Assembly (NCBI GenBank): GCA_023137195.1
Contig: JAGLPV010000001.1
Location: 106,242-170,241, forward strand
DNA: 64,000 nucleotides
Direction of reading: 5' to 3'
DNA from: Candidatus Aenigmatarchaeota archaeon
GTDB lineage: Archaea; EX4484-52
The notes under the pieces are model-generated. The model saw nothing but the letters and a program-made list of their open reading frames with translations. It did not search any database and was not told where the DNA came from. Positions 1 to 7,800 of the stretch are shown here, in pieces. Every line of letters begins with the position of its first letter. Position 1 is the first letter of the stretch. The position numbers and the translations under genes were made by a program.

Positions 1-800
1 ATGTCTTTTGCTTTTTCATCCCAGAGCATTTTAAAAAATAATTTTGTCTGTTCAATAAATTCGGGATTACGTGATACGAAAACCTGATCATTTTTCCCCT
101 CTCTGCCGTTAGGAGGGAGCAGATATATAGTAGTTTTTGTTTCTGTCATACATCTTCTTACTGTTTTGCAGTATTTTTCATCAATATGTTTTACTTTAAA
201 TCCAACTTCAACCATTTTTTTTGCAAATTTAAGGTTCTGGTTCGTGATAGGCACCATAAATTTAATATCCACCCCTTGTTTTATTTTGAGTTTTCCAAGA
301 ATAAAGAAGCGGTAATCGTATTTTGGTATCAAAATACTTGTTTCATTGCCCATATTGTAAATATAATTTTTGGCTTTGAAAAATTGATTATAATATAAAT
401 CCCTGACTTTTTTAGTCCCGACAACATCATAACCTAATCTCTCAAATACGGGCGATTGGAGACATGCGCAGAGTTTTCTTTCAATTTCTTTTCCATTCTC
501 TTTCAAATAATCCATTTTGTTTTTCTTGATTATGGAAAACATTGATTCAGGCTCGCACACAAGAAATTCCATAGTCTTGCCTTCTTCAATAGACCTTACG
601 AATCCCTTTTCTATCATATCTGAGAGTATCTTATATGCACGCTCTTTTTTCAGTTTGAGATACTCATCATCAATCAATTCATTGACTGTTTTTTGCCCGT
701 GTTGTGAAAGATGGCATATAATCAGGAATTCCTGCTCTGACAAGCCATAGAATACATTTAGCGCCTCTTTTTCGCCTTTGGTTAAGATGATTTCTTTCAT
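1..800 (-). CDS. TrmB-family transcriptional regulator, paralog of 1910-2725 (last ~5 codons and the stop lie beyond the window edge)
   Basis: Absent from the ORF track because no stop is in the window. Reverse-strand ATG at 798-800. Hand translation starts MKEIILTKGEKEALNVFYGLSEQE and at nt 59-3 reads FIEQTKLFFKMLWDEKAKD. This is colinear with the 271-aa ORF at 1910-2725 (MKEIGLSDNEREALKVLYDLTEQE ... FIEQTKEYYEMLWNIKAKE). N-terminal winged-HTH pattern typical of TrmB. Confidence 0.75.
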   Translation of the reverse strand, partial: MKEIILTKGEKEALNVFYGLSEQEFLIICHLSQHGQKTVNELIDDEYLKLKKERAYKILSDMIEKGFVRSIEEGKTMEFLVCEPESMFSIIKKNKMDYLKENGKEIERKLCACLQSPVFERLGYDVVGTKKVRDLYYNQFFKAKNYIYNMGNETSILIPKYDYRFFILGKLKIKQGVDIKFMVPITNQNLKFAKKMVEVGFKVKHIDEKYCKTVRRCMTETKTTIYLLPPNGREGKNDQVFVSRNPEFIEQTKLFFKMLWDEKAKD

Positions 801-839
801 ATCATTATTTAAACAATTACATCCAATACTAATTTTTAT

Positions 840-942
840 TATAGCAAAACACATAAATAATACAATATCTGTATTTAAATAGCATTTATGTATTTTGCCA
901 GTATCGCGCCACATACTTGCATTACTTTTGTGCCGCAATATA
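840..942 (+). repeat. Dispersed two-hairpin intergenic element, copy 1
   Basis: TATAGCAAAACACATAAATAAT..ATAGCATTTATGTATTTTGCCAGTATCGCGCCACATACTTGCATTACTTTTGTGCCGCAATATA. Hairpin 1 pairs 844-858 with 884-898 (15 bp, single C.A mismatch at 850/892). Hairpin 2 pairs 902-913 with 929-940 around the loop TACTTGCATTACTTT. Related copies are at 3089, 40187, 42692 (inverted) and 60919. Confidence 0.85.
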
Positions 943-986
943 GCTATTTCATGATTGAATTAATACACCGGCATTAATGACCAAGG

Positions 987-1841
987 TTACTTAATTTTTT
1001 CATATATCTGGATTGCCGTGTTGTCGTCGTTAAGCATTTCTGTACTTTTAAACCCGTATTTTTCAGCGGTTTTTATCATTTTTTCAGGATTTGTTTTCTT
1101 AGAATGAAATACCAACACATCGCCAGACCAAGCTTCAATCTGTGATTCTTTTTTATTTATTTTCCAGGTGAGCCCTTTGGTTTCGTCGAGATTTGTTGAT
1201 TTTTTAATAAAGTCATTAAACATTTTGTTGTTTTTATACTGCCTGAATATTTTTTCGATAAAAGTATCTGTCTGAAAACCAATCAATAATATATCTTTTT
1301 TATTGCTTGTCTTTGAGAAGATGCGGAATATCTCACTACATTTGAAATTTCCGATGGTATTTCCTAGTACAATATGCGCTTTTCTGCCATTGAAGATATC
1401 AAAATCTGATTTTTGAAGTTCCTGAAACAGACCCTTTATCCCGACAAAATTAATATTATACTTATTGTCCTCATAGCAGATATTGTTGAGAGATTGGATG
1501 AAACCAGTTATGAAATCTTCCTGAACATCAATTCCGATTATGTTTATCTCTTTATTTTTCAGGATTATTGAATTAACCATTCTTATTTCTGTATCTCCGG
1601 TTCCAAGACCATAAAATATCAATGTAGACGGTAATTTTTTAATTAAATTATTGTGCTTCTCCAACAAAATAAGTTCAGAATATACTGTGATGTATGGATT
1701 TGAAAATGCAGTTAATCTATACCATAAATCAGGTCGATTGAACCATTGCTCGCTTTCAATATATTTATCTTCAATATTTTCTTTTAATTTTTTAGATAAA
1801 CGAGAAGTGTTTATTTTTCTTATGATTTTTTTATTTAGCAT
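987..1841 (-). CDS. SAM-dependent methyltransferase, EgtD-like (Methyltransf_33-type pattern)
   Basis: 284-aa ORF. Contains YGLGTGDTEI (SAM-binding loop), IGIDVQEDF, and the LGNTIGNF motif characteristic of EgtD/histidine-N-methyltransferase-type enzymes. Confidence 0.5.
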   Translation of the reverse strand: MLNKKIIRKINTSRLSKKLKENIEDKYIESEQWFNRPDLWYRLTAFSNPYITVYSELILLEKHNNLIKKLPSTLIFYGLGTGDTEIRMVNSIILKNKEINIIGIDVQEDFITGFIQSLNNICYEDNKYNINFVGIKGLFQELQKSDFDIFNGRKAHIVLGNTIGNFKCSEIFRIFSKTSNKKDILLIGFQTDTFIEKIFRQYKNNKMFNDFIKKSTNLDETKGLTWKINKKESQIEAWSGDVLVFHSKKTNPEKMIKTAEKYGFKSTEMLNDDNTAIQIYEKIK

Positions 1842-1909
1842 AATTATTTTCTAAATAACAAAAAAAGCTTAAAAATGTATTTTTTTTATTGTGATTTTAT
1901 TGTAAATTC

Positions 1910-2725
1910 TTACAACTTTAGGCTGTTTATCTCTTTTGCCTTTATATTCCATAACATTTCGTAATATTCCTTGGTTTGTTCAATAAATTCTCTATTGTAT
2001 GATATAAAAACCTGATCCTGTTTTCCTTTTCGACCTTCAGGAGGAAATAAAAATATCATAGTTCCATTTTCAGTAATGCATCTTCGAACTGTCGTACAAT
2101 ATTTTTCATCAATGTGCTTTACTTTAAATCCCGCCTTAATCATTTTTTTTGCAAAATCGATATTTTCTCCGGTGATTGTTTCCATGAACCTTACATCAAC
2201 GCCCTGCTTTATTTTTAGTTTGCCGAGATTAAAAAAGCGACTGTCTTCTCTTATTACTAAAATGCCTGTTTTATCACTTAAATCATAAATGTATTTTTTG
2301 GCATCAATCCAGCCTCGGTAAAATATATTTCGTACTCTTGCCCTTCCGACAATATCATAGCCCAATTTACTGAATACTGGGGATTGGACATAACCAGATA
2401 ATTTTTCTTCAATTGATTTTCCTGTTTCATTTAAATCTTCTTTTTTATTTTCTCTTAACATAGAAAACATTATTTTCGGGTCGCATACAATAAATTCTTT
2501 TGTTTTTTCTTCACTAATAGACCTTATAAAACCCTTTTCAGTTAAATCTGCCAGTATCTTATATATGCGCTCTTTTTGAATCCCGAGTTCATCATTGATT
2601 AATTCGTTGATTGTCTTTACTCCGTACTTAGAAAGATAGCAGATAATAAAGAATTCCTGCTCTGTTAAGTCATATAATACTTTTAGAGCCTCTCTTTCAT
2701 TGTCACTCAATCCAATTTCTTTCAT
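1910..2725 (-). CDS. TrmB-family transcriptional regulator
   Basis: 271-aa ORF. N-terminal wHTH (FFIICYLSKYGVKTINELINDELGIQKERIYKILADLTEKGFIRS) plus a C-terminal domain colinear with the partial paralog at 1-800. Confidence 0.7.
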   Translation of the reverse strand: MKEIGLSDNEREALKVLYDLTEQEFFIICYLSKYGVKTINELINDELGIQKERIYKILADLTEKGFIRSISEEKTKEFIVCDPKIMFSMLRENKKEDLNETGKSIEEKLSGYVQSPVFSKLGYDIVGRARVRNIFYRGWIDAKKYIYDLSDKTGILVIREDSRFFNLGKLKIKQGVDVRFMETITGENIDFAKKMIKAGFKVKHIDEKYCTTVRRCITENGTMIFLFPPEGRKGKQDQVFISYNREFIEQTKEYYEMLWNIKAKEINSLKL

Positions 2726-2937
2726 ATCTTTTTATTTTATTTATTTTTAAAAAATAATATGTTTTTTGTAAATTAATTTATTGAAAAAAAAATAAGTTCA
2801 TGTTAATCAAAAACCATTATTTTATCCCACAATAATATTTTTAATATGATATTAGAAAAAAAGCAAAGCTTTATATACTTCAAAGGTATGTGATTGTAAC
2901 AGAAGATAAGTGATGTAAAATTAATAGGGTGGTATGA

Positions 2938-3087
2938 ATGAATACAGATATTTTAGTAAGAATGAAGCAGGAAATGTTTGAACGGGGGAATATAAAAGAA
3001 GTAAACCGGATAAACAAGATGATAAATTTACGTGCTAGGCAACAAAGAGCAATGAATAAGCTTAACAAGCCAGTATTAACTATTTAG
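2938..3087 (+). CDS. Possible small basic protein (49 aa), hypothetical
   Basis: Below the ORF-track size cutoff. Hand translation gives MNTDILVRMKQEMFERGNIKEVNRINKMINLRARQQRAMNKLNKPVLTI. A GGGTGG Shine-Dalgarno-like motif lies a few nt upstream. It is the only plus-strand ORF in an otherwise empty 478-nt gap. Confidence 0.25.
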   Translation: MNTDILVRMKQEMFERGNIKEVNRINKMINLRARQQRAMNKLNKPVLTI

Positions 3088-3088
3088 C

Positions 3089-3201
3089 TATAGCAAAAAA
3101 CATAAATAATGCAATTGATACTCTAATAATATTCGGGAGATACTTATGTCTTTTGCTAGTATCTCACCCCACATACTTGTATTACTTTTGTGTTGTGAGA
3201 T
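3089..3201 (+). repeat. Dispersed two-hairpin intergenic element, copy 2
   Basis: TATAGCAAAAAACATAAATAATGCAA..TACTTATGTCTTTTGCTAGTATCTCACCCCACATACTTGTATTACTTTTGTGTTGTGAGAT. Hairpin 1 pairs 3091-3105 with 3144-3158 (one A.C mismatch at 3099/3150). Hairpin 2 pairs 3161-3173 with 3189-3201; its stem ATCTCAC/GTGAGAT replaces the ATCGCG/CGCGAT of other copies while the loop is conserved. Ends 3 nt from the radB stop. Confidence 0.85.
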
Positions 3202-3203
3202 GA

Positions 3204-3878
3204 TTAAAAAAAACCGAATTTTTTAGCGCTAAACAAGCCTTTTTCTTTTATTTCAAAATTTACTTTTTTTCCTTCGGGCATGAACCTGTGCTTTGTTAAT
3301 GTTGCGCACCGGGCATTGTCGCCGGTTTTTTCGAGTTTTATTATTGTTTTTGAAAAGTATTTTGGGATGTCCCTGCCTACGAGTTCCACGTCGCCTGTGT
3401 CGAAGTCGGCATAGACCTGGTTTGTGACAAATACAGGGATTTTCCTGCTTTCTGCGAGCCCGGAGAGGATGTAAAACTGCTTTGTGAGCTTGTAGTTTGC
3501 ATCAGCTATGTTGTCGTGCAGTATTAGTCGGTAAAGTGATACGATGGAGTCTACTATGACTAGACCTATGTTTTCATCTGTGTCTTTTTCTACTAACTGG
3601 GTTGTTTTTAGTTGTTCATCAAAGGTTTTTGGCTTGTATATGTGAACTTTGTTCAAATCCTCTTTTTTATGCATCTGGATAAATCTTTCCGGCGTAAAGC
3701 CGTTTTCCGTATCTACATATATTACTTTTTTACTGTTTCTTATGCAGTTTGTGCATAACTGCATAGCCATGTTTGATTTTCCACTGCCTGCTTCACCATA
3801 ACAATTTGTGATGATTCCTTCTTCCAGTTTGCCGCCTATTACTTTGTCTAATTCTTCAATGTTGAAGGAAATTGCCAT
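3204..3878 (-). CDS. radB: DNA repair and recombination protein RadB (RecA/RadA paralog)
   Basis: Walker A GEAGSGKS, VIYVDTENGFTPERF, Walker B LVIVDS, and C-terminal HRFMPEGKKVNFEIKEKGL are all colinear with euryarchaeal RadB. I place the start at the ATG at 3876-3878 (MAISFNIEELDKVIGGK), which matches RadB N-termini. The ORF-track GTG at 4049 would add 57 unmatched residues. Confidence 0.8.
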   Translation of the reverse strand: MAISFNIEELDKVIGGKLEEGIITNCYGEAGSGKSNMAMQLCTNCIRNSKKVIYVDTENGFTPERFIQMHKKEDLNKVHIYKPKTFDEQLKTTQLVEKDTDENIGLVIVDSIVSLYRLILHDNIADANYKLTKQFYILSGLAESRKIPVFVTNQVYADFDTGDVELVGRDIPKYFSKTIIKLEKTGDNARCATLTKHRFMPEGKKVNFEIKEKGLFSAKKFGFF

Positions 3879-3951
3879 ATTATTATAGTGGTAGTAGAAT
3901 TTTTTAAATATCATCTGCCATGAGCTATTTTTATCCACAAGATGCGGGAAT

Positions 3952-4083
3952 GCGGGAAAATTTCTATAATTTTCCGCATATTGGTCAAAGACCAATAACT
4001 CAAAGATTTTCTGCATATTCAACTTTGTTGAATAACGCACGGAACCCACAGGAAAGTGATTCTTTTTCTTCTACGTTCCTGTG
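3952..4083. other. Cluster of four inverted repeats/hairpins in the kaiC-like/radB spacer
   Basis: GCGGGAAAATT-TCTAT-AATTTTCCGC (3952-3977, 10 bp with one bulged G). TTGGTC-AAA-GACCAA (3981-3995). ATTCAAC-TTT-GTTGAAT (4017-4033). CACAGGAA-N21-TTCCTGTG (4047-4083). Also a direct ATGCGGGA x2 at 3942-3957. Confidence 0.6.
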
Positions 4084-4095
4084 TCTTCCATGCAT

Positions 4096-4869
4096 TCAAG
4101 TCATCTTATACTCCCCTTCAAGCTGCATATCCGGGTAAACAACAAATCCTTTCTTATCCACAATCTTCGCCTCGACAATCCTCCGGTCTATGTCCTCGCC
4201 CCGCATCTTCAAAACCTCAATTCCACGAGCCCTGGTACCATTAGAATACACGATATTATACAAAACAATAATCCCGTCCGATAAAAAACTTACAGCTCCA
4301 CCAGTATCAGATATATTCAGACCGATATGCGCAGGATTGCATGTTTCCCTTATCAAAAAGGAAGTGGTATTGTTCTTCTCTAAATTCCTAAACAACTGCT
4401 CCATGTAGACCCTGAACCTTGCCTCTTCCCCGCTGAAGGCAGAGGCGATTGAACTTAAGGAGTCGATGCATACTATATCCGGGTCAAAGCCTTTTGGAAT
4501 CAACACAGGCTGGATATCAATCAACAGCTCTCTTTTTGCCTCTGACAATAATGCTTCTACGCTCCTTGCTACGTCAAGAGCGTTGAATCTTCTCAACATC
4601 AATGTCCCTTTTCTTTCATAGACTTCCGGGGTCCAGCCGAATGCTTTCATATGACTTCTTAGCCGGTCTTCACGCTCTTCAAAACTCATGTACAATACTT
4701 TCTTTCCTTTTTTGCACAGGTTGTTTGCCAGGTGGAGGCAAAACAATGTTTTGCCTGAGCCGGGTCCTCCTTCTACTAAAATAGAATTTCCTTCAGGAAC
4801 TCCTTCCTGAAATAGTTCGTCAAATCCTCTTATGTCTGTCTTAAACTTGCCTTTGGTTTCTTTTTCCAT
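4096..4869 (-). CDS. KaiC-like single-domain RecA-superfamily ATPase (COG0467/RAD55-type)
   Basis: 257 aa. GFDELFQEGVPEGNSILVEGGPGSGKTLFCLHLA (Walker A), VLYMSFEE, Walker B IVCIDSL, and the C-terminal motif LKMRG. The ATG at 4867-4869 is 5 nt downstream of the giant-gene stop (4875-4877), with AGGTGA immediately upstream. Confidence 0.8.
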   Translation of the reverse strand: MEKETKGKFKTDIRGFDELFQEGVPEGNSILVEGGPGSGKTLFCLHLANNLCKKGKKVLYMSFEEREDRLRSHMKAFGWTPEVYERKGTLMLRRFNALDVARSVEALLSEAKRELLIDIQPVLIPKGFDPDIVCIDSLSSIASAFSGEEARFRVYMEQLFRNLEKNNTTSFLIRETCNPAHIGLNISDTGGAVSFLSDGIIVLYNIVYSNGTRARGIEVLKMRGEDIDRRIVEAKIVDKKGFVVYPDMQLEGEYKMT

Positions 4870-4874
4870 CTAAT

Positions 4875-7800
4875 TCACCTTTTACTTTTCATTGCTAACT
4901 CTTCGTTGAGCAGGGGGATTTGTCGTTTGATGTCTCTCATTATCTCCCCGTATTTTTTTATCCTGACGTGGTATGTGGTCTCGTTTAGTTTTTTTTCCTC
5001 GAAATATTCTCTTTGTGTTTCTGCTACCAGTTTCCTGACTGAACTCCATCTTGTGTTCAGGTTTTTTATTTTTTTTCTTATTATCCAGCATTCTATTCTT
5101 GTGCGTCCTAAGGCTGCGATTGTGGAAAGTAGGACGATTATGAAAATGATTTTGTTCCGGTTCTGCTTCAGGAAAGTGATTATGTTTCTTGAGGTTGCGT
5201 CGTAGAATGCTTTTACTTTTGTCTCTATTGCCTGCATTTCTGAGATTTTTTCGTAGGTCTTGTCTATTTGTTTGAGGCATTCCTCGTATCGCTCTGCCTC
5301 AAACTCGGTTTTGGAGGTGTTGTATACTTCCCAGACAGGGGTCTTGTTTATGTCCTCTGTCTGGATTATTGTGGATTCTAAGGCGTTTAGTTCGTCCAAT
5401 GCCCTGAAAGCTTTTTTCTTTAGGTCGTGGAGTTCATTGATTTTTTCATGGATTAGTGAATAGTCCGGGCTGCCGCCGGACTCTTCCAGGGCTAATTGAG
5501 CTTCGTATATTTGTTTGGCAAGAAAGAGAGTGTCGTTGTATCTTGTTGCAGGGAGGTTCTTGTTCAGGAGTTCATTCATGTCTTCTCCTGCCTGGAGAAG
5601 ATTGTTGTTTGTGTTGAAAGCGTCATCGGAGATACAGAATCCTGCCTGGGGCAGGAGTAAGAGAATAAATAATACGGCTGTTAACCTGGATTTCTTTTCG
5701 GCTCTTCTTGCCTTTAGAGAGGCAATCCTCTCTTCTACTTCCACCAGCCGCTCTGAATAGCTTTTCATCCTGTTTTCGTATATCCTTGTTTCCAGCTTGC
5801 CTGAGTTTAGGTAGAGTCTCTGGGACTCTTTTATTATGTTCAGGATCTTTTCTCTTTCTTCTGTTAGCCTGTCGTCTTCTTTCCTGAAGAATTTGAAGAG
5901 GTTTGCCTGAATAGTTTCGTATTTTATGCTTTCCTGGATTGCTTTGCTCATGCGCTTTTCGTACTGCATGAGGGTTTGCATGTATTCCCTCATGCTTAGT
6001 TTGCCTTCTATGAAGCATTCTCTTTGTGCTTCTTTGATTAGGCTTAGCAGGACGGATTCTTCTTTTTTCAGGTTTTTTAGTTTCCTGGTTATGAGGTCTA
6101 GTTTCAGTGCGAGGAAGCTGAAGAAGGATAATATTGTTATTAATATTGTTGCAATTATTATTTTGCCCCAGTTGTTTTTTGCAAATGCTACTATGTTGAA
6201 TATGCCGACTGTTTCTAATGCGTAGGTTACTTTTGCATCTTCTGCCCTCTTTAGGGCAGAGACAAAGTCGCCCCTGTCTAATGCTGCCTGGCTTAGGAGC
6301 AGTAGTCTTTTTGTCTTTGAGACGTCAATTCCGTCGTGTTCTGCCTGTGTTATTTTTTGGCGTATTTCATTTAAGAGTTCCAGGCAGTCAAATGCCTGCT
6401 GTTTGGTTTGCTGCATCTGTGCGTGTAGGTCTCTTGCTATCTCGTAGTCTTTTGTTTTTAAGGTGTTGTTTGCTGTGTTTAGGGATTCTCTGAGGTCTTT
6501 TGTGTTCAGGTTCTTCTGCTCTATCTCCCTGATGATTGCTTCTATCTTTTCAATGTAGTCTATTGCTTCCTGCCTGGAGATTTCCAGGATTATTAGCTTG
6601 ATTGTCCTTGTCTCTTTCATGTCTGTGGTAGGAGTGGTGTTGATTATTCCTTCAATTGTGAATATTAGCTTGTATTCTCCTCTTGTGAAATATTCCGGGG
6701 CTTCCAGGAATATTGTAAAGTTTTGGCTGTTGTTTTGGGGGATTAGGTCTGTGCGGGTCGGGTGGATTCTTAAGTATTTTGATAAAAATCCCTTGATGGA
6801 GATTGTGGTGTTTATTAATGCTCCTTCGAATGGGTTTTCTACTTCCAGGTTGAATTGCTGCTGGCGTCCTCTTAATAGTTCGTAGGTTGCATCGGTTTGG
6901 AATAGTTTTTGTCTTTGCTTTTCTGTTGCTGTTATTATTACGGAGAAGGGTGAGCCACCTCCACTACTGCTTCCGCCGGAACTACTGCCTGTGTAATGCT
7001 CTTCTATTATTGTTGTCGGTGCTCCGTCAACAGGGATGCAGATTTCCTTTATGTTCTGGGTCTGGAGGCAGTTGGAGCAGTTGGTGTAGAGATAGAAGCA
7101 ATAGCTTCCTGTCGCTACACCTGAGCCTACATATATTGTGAAAACCTGGGTCTTGTAATTTATGCCTGATGTGCAGCTGAAAAGTGATTCTGTGTTTTCT
7201 TCCGGGGTTGCTGAAACTCCTGATGGGAGGTTCATGAGGAAGATGGATAGATTTACTGCGTCCTCGTTTCCTATGTTTGTTATGCCGGTTGTTATCTGCT
7301 GGGAGTTTCCGGCATCGGTTGTTGCTATGCTTGATATTCCTGTGAATTCAAAGTATGGACCGGCAGGGATTATCTTGATGGAGGGGGTCAGGGTTGTGCT
7401 GTAGACGTAGTCTTCGTTGTTCTCTGTGCAGCTTAGGCAGCTGCAGTCTACAGGGATGGATATGCTTACGCTGTAGTCTGGTAAGTCTCCCGGGATTAGG
7501 GGGGTTATGTTTATCTGTCTTGTTTTTGTTGTTGGAGGGGATTCTAATATTATGTTTGATGTGTTGTAGTTAAAGAGCATGTCCTTGGATGAGGTAATGT
7601 ATGTTGAATTCGGGAGGGCGCAGGTGTAGTTGAAGTCGCCGGTGTTGTTGAATGTTATTGTTCCCAGGGTTGCGTTCTCGTTGATTATTGCGGTTTCCGG
7701 GGTGTTGGTTATGGAGATGTTTATTGTGTAGTCGTTCCATATTTGTAGGATATTATTTTGTGATTGGATTGTGTTGTTGTAGGTGTCGTTGGTCCATATG

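Noticed and set aside
3879-4049. The 57-codon N-terminal extension of radB implied by the ORF-track GTG start at 4049
   Set aside because: The extension (MGSVRYSTKLNMQKIFELLVFDQYAENYRNFPAFPHLV...) has no counterpart in RadB. Homology begins exactly at the internal MAISFNIEELDKVIGG, and the region is full of inverted repeats.
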